Below are positions 51,042-62,830 of a DNA stretch of 64,000 nt, piece after piece. A program made the translations under genes and the position numbers. This DNA is from Heterodontus francisci. Lineage: Eukaryota. A model generated the notes under the pieces. It ran no database searches. It was not told the DNA's origin and saw only the letters and a list, made by a program, of their open reading frames with translations. The stretch lies in the NCBI RefSeq assembly GCF_036365525.1, contig NC_090399.1, positions 53,972,430-54,036,429 on the forward strand. The letters are read 5' to 3'. Positions within the stretch are counted from its first letter, which is position 1. Each line of letters opens with the position of its first letter.

Positions 51042-51158
51042 CCTGGTAACTGGTGACGACCGTGACTTTCCTTCTGCGATTGGTTAGTGTCTGGCAGTCT
51101 TCCGCTGTTGATTGGTCGGTGTGTCCTTGTAGCTGATTGGTCACTGTCTCTATTTAAA
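51042..51158 (+). promoter_or_regulatory. MHC class II beta promoter: X1-X2-Y module, two extra Y boxes, TATA
   Basis: X1 CCTGGTAACTGGTG (51042-55; 10 of 14 to HLA-DRA CCTAGCAACAGATG), CRE-like X2 TGACGAC (51054-60), and Y GCGATTGG exactly 20 bp after X1. Further ATTGG at 51111 and 51136; TATTTAAA at 51151. Confidence 0.85.
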
Positions 51159-51259
51159 GGCCGCCCCGCTCAGAGTGGCTTTCAGACTCTCGCAGTGCGG
51201 GAGCTGTTGGTTTGGCTGTGACAGCTGGAGCGATCAGCACCTCCAGTCCCCGTCCAGCA

Positions 51260-51362
51260 ATGTCCTTGGTGCGAGTCGCTTGTCCCCGCTCCCTGTGGAT
51301 CAGGATCCCGCTCATCATCTGTGCCGCACTCATCTTCAATGGAGAGAAGGAGAGCGGGGCCG
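51260..51362 (+). CDS. mhc2b: MHC class II beta chain, exon 1 (signal peptide)
   Basis: ATG about 100 bp after TATA. MSLVRVACPRSLWIRIPLIICAALIFNGEKESGA+G has a hydrophobic core, and its phase-1 donor gtaaga is compatible with the beta1 exon. Confidence 0.85.
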
Positions 51363-51539
51363 GTAAGAAACCGTTTGGTACTTTGGTTTTGTAACTGGCT
51401 TTACTGATCGGGTGTAAATTCTCATTCCAGGCTGTTTCCCACTTGTGAACTTCATCCTCATTGTAAAGTTTGCAAATTGTATTTATTTGTCCCGGTTGGG
51501 ATTTTGGCTTAACTTGTGTTCTCTGCGGCTGAAAGATTT

Positions 51540-52590
51540 ATCCAGTCTAATCCCACTTTCTACCTGTTGATCCGCAGCCTTGCAGGTTATAGCATCTCGA
51601 GTGCATATCTAAGTGTTTATTAAATGCGATGAGGTTTTCTGTCTCTGCCACCTCTTCAGGCCGTGAATTCCAGATCTCCCTGCTACACTCTGGGTGAAAA
51701 AAGACACCTTAACTCTCCTCAAATCCCTCTGTCAAATACATTAAATCTATGCACCGAGGTTATTGACCTCTCTACTGATGGAAATGGGTCCTTCCTATCC
51801 AGGCCCCTCAATTTTATACACCTCAGTTAAAATTCCCCTCTGCATCCTCTGTTCCAAAGAAAACAACCTCAGCTGATCCAATCTCAGCTAAAATTCTCCA
51901 GTCCTGCCCCTTTCCCGGTAAATCTCCTCTCTAATGTGATTACATCCTCCTTTTCCATGTGGTGAGCAGAACTGTGCACTGTACTCCAGCTGTGGTCTTA
52001 CTAATGTTTTATACAGATCCAGCATAGTGTCCCTGCTCTTGCAATCTAGATGTCGGTCAAGTAAAAGAAAGTGTCCCTTGTGCCTTCTTAACCACCTTAT
52101 CCACCTGTGCTGCTGCCTTCAGGTATCTGGACATGCACTCCAAGATCCCTCTGTTTCTCTGCAATTTGCAGAATCCTGCCATTTATTGCATATTCTTTTG
52201 GCCTTGTTAGCCTTCCCCAATTGCATCACCTTGCACGTCCTGGGATCGAAATCCATTTGACACATTTCTGCCCATGTGTCCAGTCCATTGATATCTTCCT
52301 GTCGTCTATAACTTTCTTCAACATCAGCCACCTAGCCAATTTTTGTATCATCTGCAAACTTCTTAATCATGCCCCCTACATTTATGTCCAAATCACATAT
52401 ACCATGGAAAGCAAGGGACCTAGTAATGAACCCTGGAACCAGCCTTCCAGTCGCACAAATACCTTTCAACCATGACCCTTTGTTTCCTGTCACTGAGCCA
52501 ATTTTGGATCCAACTTGCCACGTGTCCTTAGATGTGAAGGACCTTTTAATTATCTGACCAGTCTGCAATGTGGGACCTTGTCAAAAACCT
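51540..52590 (-). mobile_element. Degenerate CR1 LINE in beta intron 1
   Basis: Minus ORFs IKKFADDTKIG and LDTWAEMCQMDF. Confidence 0.8.
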
Positions 52591-52834
52591 TGTTTTATTT
52601 GTTGTTGGAATCTATTAACAAAGGATTAACTGAGTTGACTAAGATAGTGAGCTATTTTGCATGTTCCTTATGCCAAATTGCTTGGAATTCCACGTAGCTC
52701 CATTTTCAGCACTGCAGCAGTGAGATGCAGAGAAGTCTTCATTACTTCCAGTGAGGCAAGCTGAGGCTCCAGAGTAAGACATGTATTCAGCTTGGAGTTG
52801 GTGCTCGTCATTGTCAGAAGGAAAAGAAAAGACT

Positions 52835-53220
52835 CTTCTTTAGTGCCTTTCGCAAACACAGGATGGTCCAAAGTGCTTTACAGCCAGTGAGCTACATTTG
52901 TAGTATAGTCACTAATGTGTGTCAAAATGCTGCAAACAGCAGTGTGACCAGATCTCTGTTTGTGATGTTAATTGAGGATAAATGTCGGCCAGGACACTAG
53001 AGAGAAAACTCCCCTGCTCTTTGAAATGGGGATAGGGGATCTTTTGTCACCTGAGCAAGTAGATGAGGCCTCAGTTTTAGCATCTCATTTGAAAGGCCAG
53101 TGACAGTGCAGCAGTTGGTGCTGCACTGGAGTGTCAGCCTAGAATTTTGTTTTCCAGTCTCTGAAGTGGGGGTGGGAACGCACAGCCTTCTGAGTGTTGC
53201 TAACTGAACCATGACTGACA
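52835..53220 (-). mobile_element. Deu-domain SINE, reverse
   Basis: GGCCAGGACAC..AACTCCCCTGCTCTTTGAAAT..GGGATCTTTT..CACCTGAG..GCTGCACTGGAGTGTCAGCCTAGA, homologous to 17130-17380. Confidence 0.65.
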
Positions 53221-53499
53221 GTGCATCACGGCATTATCACTAAGGCAGGGGTTCTCAATTGGGAGTCTGACTTTTTTTCCTGCCCCTGGGGTCCATGACA
53301 ACGTTTCAAGGAGTCTGCCAAAAATAATTACTGGCTTTGTTGCACCCTAGTTAAAGGAAGTGTTTTTTGTTCACTTGCTAAACTGCTAGGTTTCCCTCTG
53401 TTTCTCCAAACAGCTTCCACAAAGCTGTTTCAATTGCTTTTGATACTCAAACACAAACCTTTTTCCACTTTTTTTAAAAATTCCACGCAATACATTTAC

Positions 53500-55120
53500 T
53501 GTTCCCTATCAGTTTATCAATGAGGGAAGTAAGGGTGGAAATTGCTGAGGCTGCAGCCACAATCTTCCAATCCTCAATTATCGGGTTGATTCCCCAAACT
53601 GGAGATTGCAAATGTTACATCCCTGTTGAGGGATAATCTCAGCAACTGTAGAGCAGTCATCTTTGAGTCAGTAATGGCAAAACTTGTTTTAATTACGATC
53701 CAGGACAATTTAATTGGCATTTGGAAAATTATTGGCTAATAAATGGAAGCCAACAGGTTTTTTTTTTAAGGCAAATGGTGTTTGATTGACAATGTCCATT
53801 TGAAGTAATGGAAGATGATTTGAGGGTAGTGTGGTTATGTATATGGAATTTCAAAAGATGTGATAAGTACCACAGAAAGCAGTGAAGACTTAACATTTTT
53901 CCCTCAGACTAGAAAGAAGTATACATGTGTCCCAGAATTTATTGGGCCCAATGCCTTTTTTGAGATATAGATAACATTGTAGATGATACAAAAGTCAAAC
54001 ATAATAAACAATGAGCAGACTCCAAAAGGTAGACTGGTAAAATGGACAAACACATGGAAAATGAAATTTAACAGGTGTGAAATGCCTAAATTTGATAGGA
54101 AGAATCAGGAGAGGCAACATAAAGGATAGAATTTTAAGCGGGGATGCAGGAACAAAGACTGGGGGACTAATACGCACAGTGGCGGCAGTGGTTAGCACCG
54201 CAGCCTCACAGCTCTGGCGACCTGGGTTTAATTCTGGGTTCTGCCTGTGTGGAGTTTGCAAGTTCTCCCTGTCTGGGTTTTCTCCGGGTGCTCCGGTTTC
54301 CTCCCACAAGCCAAAAGACTTGTAGGTAGGTAAATTGGCCATTATAAATTGCCCCTAGTATAGGTAGGTGGTAGGGAAATATAGGGACAGGTGGGGATGT
54401 GGTAGGAATATGGGATTAGTGTAGGATTAGTATAAATGGGTGGTTGATGGTCAGCACAGACTTGGTGGGCTGAAGGGCCTGTTTCAGTGCTTTATCTCTA
54501 AACTAAACTAAATCTTTGAAAGTGGTAGGACAATTTCAGAAGGCTGTTCGTGTGCAGCCATACTTGGCTTTATGAATTAAGTATAAAAGCAAGGAAATTA
54601 TGTTAAACCTTTTATAAACCCTGGTTGGGCCTCAGCCGGAATGTTGTGTTCTTTCCTGGGCACCCTGCTTTAGGACAGATGCCAAGACCTTGGAGAGGGT
54701 ACTGAGGAGATTTAAGAGAATGGTAGCAGGGATGAGGGATTTCAGTTACATGGAGAACTGCCCTTCTTCTTAGATTAGAGAAGGTTTCAGGGTGATTGAG
54801 GAGGTATCTAAAATGAAGGGTTTTGATAGAGTAAATAAAGAGAAACTGTTTCCAGTGACAGAAGGGTCAGTAAGCAGAGGGCACAGGTTTAAAGTGATTT
54901 GCAGAAGACCCAGAGGTGACATGAAGAAACCTTTTTTAACACAGCGAGTTGTAGTGATCAGGAATGCCCTGTCTGGGACTGGAAGCAGGTTCAGTTGTAA
55001 CAACAATAAAAAGGGAATTGCCTAAATATTTTAAGGGGAAGAAACTTGTAGGGTTATGGGGAAAGAGCAGGGGAGTGGGTTCCACCAAACAGCTGACACT
55101 TGGCACGATGGGCAGAATCA
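53500..55120 (+). mobile_element. Old CR1 LINE with a nested HE1 SINE
   Basis: KMKGFDRVNKEKLFP..RGHRFKV..FLTQRVV; 3' end GGGTTATGGGGAAAGAGCAGGGGAGTGGG. Confidence 0.75.
54174..54512 (+). mobile_element. HE1-type SINE
   Basis: Near-identical to 17396-17752; (CTAAA)n tail. Confidence 0.9.
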
Positions 55121-55564
55121 TTCTGTGGCTTCATCTGTTTTTGGGTGTGAAATTGCAGGGTTGGGTGGATATAAAGACTTCAGTCTGTTTCATTGACTGA
55201 AACCTGGGGCAGGGTCTGGTTCTGATAGGAAACTTGTTGTTAAATGTGGCATTTTGGAAAGGGGTAGAGGTGCCTGGTTTCCTGCCCCCTGATTCTGGGA
55301 TGTGGCTGGGCTGGCAGGCAGCAGAGTTCCCCTTCCTCATGGTGGGTGCCTGCTGAGTTGTGAATGGCCCTCATCTTCCTGGTACTAGCAGAGACAGTGG
55401 GGTGGGGTGGTGGGATATAATGCCAATCTGCTTTGGGAAGACGGGAAGCTGAAATTTCCCCCTCCCTTGGGAATTGTATCCAATGGGCTGCATGTAATCT
55501 CAAATTCTGTTCCTTCAGAGTTTCACTCCCACCCTGTAGGATCAGTCTCAGTCAGGTGGTAACA

Positions 55565-55574
55565 GTGTGTGTGT

Positions 55575-55605
<31 letters not shown>
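55565..55605 (+). repeat. (GT)n(CT)n microsatellite forming the beta1 exon acceptor tract
   Basis: GTGTGT...CTCTCT runs directly into the AG at 55606-55607. Confidence 0.95.
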
Positions 55606-55607
55606 AG

Positions 55608-55868
55608 GAGCTCACTCTTATAACTGGGATTACGGATGTGAGTTTAACAGCTCCAGGACCTGGACCTTCGTCTGGCAGGAAGTTTATGACCGCGAGCTGA
55701 TCACCTATTACGACATTAACCAGAGAAAGTTCATCGCTGTGAAGGAGTGGGCGCAGCAGGATGTCGACAAATGGAATGAAGAGGACCCAGAGACAACATA
55801 CCAGGAAAACGTCGCAATGTGTCAGACGAACATTCCGATCGCCGAGAGCGAGGTGCTGACCTGGAGAG
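55608..55868 (+). CDS. mhc2b: MHC class II beta chain, beta1 (peptide-binding) exon
   Basis: 261-bp phase-1/phase-1 exon (ctcag|GA...AGAG|gtgaga). Encodes GAHSYNWDYGCEFNSSRTWTFVWQEVYDRELITYYDINQRKFIAVKEWAQQDVDKWNEEDPETTYQENVAMCQTNIPIAESEVLTWR, with the Cys pair, an NSS glycan site after the first Cys, and W61-N62 and N82 equivalents. Confidence 0.93.
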
Positions 55869-56759
55869 GTGAGACCCAGGAGGAGGGAGAGCGAATGGGG
55901 GGCAAGGGGCTGGAGGTTGGGTGAGACCTGGAGAGGGGGAAAGAGATTCTGCCCCTGTAACTGTCACTATTCCGGCACTGAGACTTTGCACCTTTTAGTC
56001 CCAGTTACCTTCCCATCCACTGGTGGAGGATGGGCAGACAGCTCTGTCCCCAACCCAGTCAATACGCCCTCTGTAACTGAAGTGAGGCCATTGCCTCCCT
56101 AGGGTTTTCCCATTTCCTGAGAAAACTCCTACACTGTTCTTTTCCTGAGAGCTCACTCACTGGCTCCTGATATTGCCCTGTGCACTGTACCTCCTCTCTG
56201 ATCTGCTGCCTGGCTGCCATACCAGAGGAAGAATGATTCTTGTAGTTCCAGCACTTTAAACAAATGCACTGGAAAAAAAATGATCACCTGAGGTAAAAAT
56301 TCCACTGCCATATGCTAGTAGCACAGGTATATCAGTGGGAATACTGTGCTCCCCTCATACACTAGACCGATATCCTCTCTTCCCAACTACCCCCTCCCAC
56401 AACACTTGGGAGCATGCTTGGGTGAGGGTGGTGTTGTCCTGTTCCCGTACACAGGCCTGAGCTTTACGTGCTTGTGAAAAGTTTGCCAAACCTGCAAATT
56501 CCACTTACTCTGCCAATAACAGGCACAAAGCTGCCAGAAAGTGCTTCTGTACTTAAATCTGTGCTGAATGACATTCTGATGATCCATGTCTGTTTCTGAC
56601 CTAGTCTCTTGTGAGCAGGCTCGATGGGCTGAATGGACGACTACTGCTCCTAACTTATGGCCATGCTATTGTAGTAAGATTAATTTTGGTCAATGAATCT
56701 TTGAATTTTTGTGTCTCGTTTTAACCCCATGCCATTATAAGGCAACATAGCTAAGAACT

Positions 56760-59700
56760 GCCTCTGAACAGGACAGATATCTGAGGGTTGTAGGTCTGGA
56801 AGAGATTAGACATGGAGAGGGGAAGGCCATTGAGCAACTTTAAGAGGTTGAACATTTTTAAAGTCAAGGTGCTGCTTTACTGGGAGGCAGTATATGTCAA
56901 CAAGTGCAAGTAATGGGTGAACAGAACTTGGTGCATGTTTGGTCACACAGCAGAGTTTTGGATGACCTCTAGTTTAGAGGGTAGAGTCAGGAGCGAGTTG
57001 GAGTACTCAAACCTGTAGGTAACAAAGGTTTCAGCAGCAGGTGAGCTGAGGCAGGGTTAAAGTCAGATGATACATAAGTGAAAATGGGTGGTCTTGGTGA
57101 TGGTGCAGATGTGGTCAAATTAGGGTCAAATATGACACTAAGGTTGTGGACAGTCTGGTTCAGCCTTAGACAGTTGCCAGGGAGAGGGATGGAGTCAGTC
57201 CCTGGGGAATGGAATTGGAGGAAATTTCTGCTCATCCAGTACTAGATGTGTGGAAAAGCAGTCTGATTTCACAACAGTGGAGGAGTCGAGAGGTGTTTGA
57301 GAGCTGGGTGTTGGTGTAATGTGGAAATGGACACAGTTTTCAGATGTCCCCAAGGGACAGCATGTAGATGAGAAATAGGAGGGGGCCCTGGATAGATCCT
57401 TGAGGGTCACCAGAGGTAACAGTGCAGGAGCAGGAAGAGAAGCTGTTGCAAGTGATGCTCTTGGCTACGATTGGAAAGGTGAGAATGGAACCAGGTGAGG
57501 GCAGTTTCACCTAGCTGGATGACTGCTATTGGAAAATGATGTGGTCAACAGTGTCACAGGCAGTAGACAGGTCAAGAAGGACGAGGATGGTGAGTTTACC
57601 ATTGTCACCGTCACAGAGGATGTCATTTGTGACTTTGTTAATTGCTGTGTTTGTACTGATGGGGGCAGAAACCTGATTGGAGGGATTCAAACATGGAGTA
57701 ATGGGAAAGATGGGAACAGATTTGAGGTGAAAACACAATCAGGGACTTTGGAGAGGAAAGGAAGGTTGCAGATGGGAGGATGGGGTCAAGGGTTTGATAT
57801 TTTTTGAGAAGGTATTTACAGGATAGGGGAAGAGTAGCTGAGGAGAGAGAACCATTTACAATGTCAGCTAACATGGGGACCAGTGGATGGTCAGTTTAGT
57901 GGGACTAGGCTCAAGGGAGGAGTAGGTGGGTCTCCTGGACAAGATGAGCTCTGAGGGCATGAGGGAAAGATTAGAGTTCAGGACTAGGACAGGGCAGAGC
58001 CTTGGAAGATTGGTCTGATGGGCCAGGAAAAAGAATGGAAGAGGGAGGCAGCTGATTGGATGGTCTCGGTTTCTCTTGTTAGACCGCATGACTGCTCTGG
58101 AGCTGCGGATGGACTCACTTTGGAGCATCCACGATGCTGAGGAGGTCGTGGATAGCACATTTAGCGAATTGGTCACACCGCAGATTAGGATTGCTGAGGG
58201 TGAAAGGGAATGGGTGACCAAAAGGCAGAGAAAGAGCAGGAAGGCAGCGCAGGTGTCCCCTGCAGTCATCTCCCTCCAAAACAGGTATACCGTTTTGGAT
58301 ACTGTTGGGGGAGATGGCTCACCAGGGGAAGGCAGCAGTAGCCAGGTTCATGGCACCGTGGCTGGCTCTACTGTTCAGAAGGGCGGGAAAAAGAGTGGAA
58401 GGGCTATAGTCATAGGGGATTCGATTGTAAGGGGAGTAGATAGGCAGTTCTGTGGTCGGAAATGAGACTCCCGAATGGTATATTGCCTCCCAGGTGCACG
58501 GGTCAGGGATGTCTCAGATTGGCTGCAGAACATTCTGAAAGGGGAGGGTGAACAGCCAGTTGTCATTGTGCACATAGGCACCAATGATATAGGTAAAAAA
58601 CGGGATGAGGTCCTACAAGCAGAATTTAGGGAGTTAGGAGCCAAGTTTAAAAAGTAGGACCTCGGGTAGTAATCTCAGGATTGCTACCAGTGCCATGTGA
58701 TAGTCAGAGTAGAAATGAAAGAATAGTCAGGATGAATGCGTGGCTTGAGATGGTGCAGGAGGGAGGGGTTCAGATTTTTGGGACATTGGGACCGGTTCTG
58801 GGGGAGGTGGGACTATTACAAATTGGACGGTCTACACCTGGGCTGGACTGGAACCAATGTCCTTGGGGGTTCTTTTGCTAATGCTGTTGGGGAGGGTTTA
58901 AACTAATGTGGCAGGGGGATGGGAACCAACTGAGTAGGTCAGTGGACAGTAAGGAGGTAGTAACTAAAGCCTGTAAGGAACTAGATAATGAAGTCAGCAT
59001 GACTAAGGGAAAGAGTAGGCAGGGAGCAGATGAACGCAAACGGACTGGTGGTCTGAGGTGCATTTGTTCTAATGCAAGAAGTGTAGTAGGTAAGGCAGAT
59101 GAACTTAGGGCCTGGATTAGTACCTGGGAGTATGATGTTATTGCTATTACTGAGACTTGGTTGAGGGAAGAGCATGATTGACAACTAAATATCCCAGGAT
59201 ATCGATGCTTCCGGTGGGATAGAGAGGGAGGTAAAAGGGGTGGAGGAGTTGCAGTACTGGTCAAAGAGGATATCACAGCTGTGCTGAAGGAGGGCACTAT
59301 GGAGGACTCGAGCAGTGAGGCAATGTGCGCAGAACTCAGAAATAGGAAGGGTGCGGTAACAATGTTGGGGCTGTACTACAGGCCTCCCAACAGCGAGCGT
59401 GAGATAGAGGTACAAATATGTAAACAGATTATGGAAAGATGAAGGAGCAACAGGGTGGTGGTGATAGGAGATTTTAATTTTCCCAACATTGACTGGGATT
59501 CACTTAGTGTTAGAGGTCGAGATGGAGCAGAATTTGTAAGGAGCATCCAGGAGGGTTTTCTCGAGCAGTATGTAAATAGTCCAACTTGGGAAGGGGCCAT
59601 ACTGGACCTGGTGTTGGGGAATGAGCCCGGTCAGGTGGTTGAAGTTTCAGTAGGGGGCTACTTTGGGAATAGTGATCACAATTCCGTAAGTTTTAGAATA

Positions 59701-62700
59701 CTCATGGACAAAGATGAGTGGTCCCAAAGGAAGAGTGCTAAATTGGGGGAAGGCCAACTATACCAAAATTTGGCAGGAGCTGGGGAATGTAGATTGGGAG
59801 CAGCTGTTTGAAGGTAAATCCACATTTGATATGTGGGAGGCTTTTAAAGAGAGGTTGATTAGCGTGCAGGAGAGACATGTTCCTGTGAAAATGAGGGATA
59901 GAAATGGCAAGATTAGGGAACCATGGATGACAGGTGAAATTGTGAGACTAGCTAAGAGGAAAAAGGAAGCATACACAAAGTCTAGGAGGCTGAAGAAAGA
60001 CGAAGCTTTGAAAGAATATCAGGAATGTAGGCGCAATCTGTAACGAGGAATTAAGAGGGCTATAAGGGGTCATGAAATATCTTTAGCAAACAGGGTTAAG
60101 GAAAATCCCAAAGCCTTTTATTCATATATAAGGAGCAAGAGGGTAACTAGAGAAAGGATTGGCCCACTCAAGGACAAAGGAGGAAAGTTATGCGTGGAGT
60201 CAGAGAAAATGGGTGAGATTCTAAACGAGTACTTTGCATCGGTATTCACCGAGGAGAGGGACATGACAGATGTTTAGGTTAGGGACAGATGTTTGATTAC
60301 TCTAGGTCAAGTCGGCATAAGGAGGGAGGAAGTGTTGGGTATTCTAAAAGGCATTCAGGTGGACAAGTCCCCAGGTCCGGATGGGATCTATCCCAGGTTA
60401 CTTAGGGAAGCAAGAGAGGAAATAGCTGGGGCCTTAACAGATATCTTTGCAGCATCCTTAAACACGGGTGAGGTCCCGGAGGACTGGGGAATTGCTAATG
60501 TTGTCCCCTTGTTTAAGAAGGGTAGCAGGGATAATCCAGGTAATTATAGACCAGTGAGCCTGACGTCAGTGGTAGGGAAGCTGCTGGAGAAGATACTGAG
60601 GGATAGGATCTATTCCCATTTGGAAGAAAATGGGCTTATCAGTGATCGGCAACATGGTTTTGTGCAGGGAAGGTCATGTCTTACCAACTTAATAGAATTC
60701 TTTGAGGAAGTGACAAAGTTGGTTGATGAGGGAAAGGCTGTAGATGTCATATACATGGACTTCAGTAAGGCGTTTGATAAGGTTACCCATGGTAGGCTGA
60801 TGGAGAAAGTGAAGTCGCATGGGGTCCAGGGTGAACTAGCTAGATGGATAAAGAACTGGCTAGGCAACAGGAGACAGTAGCAGTGGAAGGGAGTTTCTCA
60901 AAATGGAGATGTGTGACCAGTGGTGTTCCACAGGGATCAGTGCTGGGACCACTGTTTGTGATATACATAAATGATTTGGAGGAAAGTATAGATGGTCTGA
61001 TTAGCAAGTTTGCAGCTGACACTAAGATTGGTGGAGTAGCAGATAGTGAAGGGGACTGTCAGAATACAGCAGAATATAAATAGATTGGAGAGTTGAGCAG
61101 AGAAATGGCAGATGGAGTTCAATCTGGGCAAATGCGAGGTGATGCATTTTGGAAGATCCAATTCAAGAGTGAACTATACAGTAAATGGGAAAAGACCTGG
61201 GGAAAATTGATTTACAGAGAGATTTGGGTCTTCAGGTCCATTGTTCCCTGAAGATGGCAATGCAGGTCAGTAGTGGTCAAGAAGGCATACGGCATGCTTT
61301 CCTTCATCGGATGGGGTATTGAGTACAAGGGTTGGCAGGTCATGTTACCGTTGTATAAGACTTTGGTTTGGCGACATTTGGAATACTGCGTGCAGTTCTG
61401 GTTGCCACATTGCCAAAAGGATGTGGATGCTTTGGAGCGGGTGCAGAGGAGGTTCACCAGGATGTTACCTGGTATGGAGGGAGCTAGCTACGAAGAGAGG
61501 TTGAGTAGATTAGGATTATTTTCATTAGAAAGACGGAGGTTGAGGGGTGACCTGATTGAGGTGTACAAAATCATGAGGGGTATAGACAGGGTGGATAGCA
61601 AGAAGCTTTTTCCCAGAGTGGGTAATTCAATTACTAGGGGTCACGAGTTCAAAGTGAGGGGAAAAGTTTACGGGGGATATGTGTGGAAAGTTCTTTCCGC
61701 AGAGGGTGGTGGGTGCCTGGAACGCGTTGCCAGCGGAGGTGGTAGACGCGGGCACGATAGTGCCTTTTAAGATGTGTCTAGACAGATACATGAATGGGCA
61801 GGAAGCAAAGAGATACAGACCCTTAGAAAATAGGCGACAAGTTTAGATAGAGGATCTGGATTGGCGCAGGCTTGGAGGGCCGAAGGGCCTGTTCCTGTGC
61901 TGTAATTTTCTTTGTTCTTTGTTCTATAACAATGTCCATGAGTTCCTTGCACTTGGCATTTGAGGTGAGGGTGGAGGGGACAGGGTAGAGTGTTTTACAG
62001 TAGAGAAAAGAAGCTGGTGGTTTTCTTTGCTTTCCAGGATGATCCTGGAATAGTGAGCAGTTTCTGCAGAGAGCAGGACCTGATTGTGCTTTATGTGGTT
62101 CTGCCAGCTCTGGCAGGGAATGCCCAAACCAGTTCTCATCCATTGAAGTCTGCACCTGTTGAACTTCAGGGAGTGGAGAAGGGGGCTGTTCTAGGGTGAG
62201 AATAATAGCTTTATTGGGGAGTGGAGCATCAAAGGTGGAGTTAAAGGTGTGGTTGAGCAGATCAGCAGAATGAAGGGCCAAAGCCTGGCTCGCTGTGATT
62301 TTTGAAAGTGCAGTTAGTCAGTCAATTGTTATACAGCACAGAAACAGGCCCTTCGGCCCATGTCTATGCTGGCCATCAAGCACTTATCTATTCTCATACC
62401 ATTTTCCAGCACTTAGCCCATAGCTATGGTGTTTCAAGTGCTCTTCTAGATACTAAAATATTGAATGTTCCTGCCTCTCCTACCCCTTCAGGTAGTGTGT
62501 TCCAGATTCCAACCACCCTCTGGGTGGAAATTCTTTTCCTCAAATCCCTTCTAAGCCTCCTGCCCCTGAGTGAATTGGGAGTTTGTTTCCAGGGTGGACA
62601 CAGACAGCAATAGGGTTGTGAAGTGGTTAAGTGGAAGTGATCGGAGATGGCCTTATTGGTGACTAACACAATAGTGAAGCCACGTGAGGTGCCAAGGCCA

Positions 62701-62830
62701 GGGGGAAGACCATGAATATGGGTTGGAAAGATTGAGGGAGAATGGAAGAACAGTGAACTTGAGAGAACATGATGAATTGAGGTGGAGCTTGAAATCAGCA
62801 AGGAGACAGCCCCTGCACCAGGTGACTGAG
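56760..62830 (-). mobile_element. Old L2-clade LINE split by a CR1 (58073-61925) and a CR1 tail (about 62316-62567)
   Basis: Minus ORF NTAINKVTNDILCDGDNGKLTILVLLDLSTACDTVDH (L2 RT). The host resumes after 61925 (YSRIILESKEN..LLFS). Confidence 0.75.
58073..61925 (+). mobile_element. Near full-length, inactivated CR1 LINE: ORF1 SGNH-esterase plus ORF2 APE endonuclease and RT
   Basis: ORF1 motifs IVIGDSIVRG, CLPGARV, VHIGTND. EN motifs NARS, AITETW, GDFN, LDLVL, SDHN. RT motifs SPGPDG, NYRPVSLTS, QHGF, DFSKAFD, GVPQGS, and FAAD (catalytic FADD mutated). Multiple stops and frameshifts. Confidence 0.95.

Noticed and set aside
53246-53320. hAT-like terminus CAGGGGTTCTCAA preceded by CACTAAGG
   Set aside because: No matching second TIR or TSD was found.
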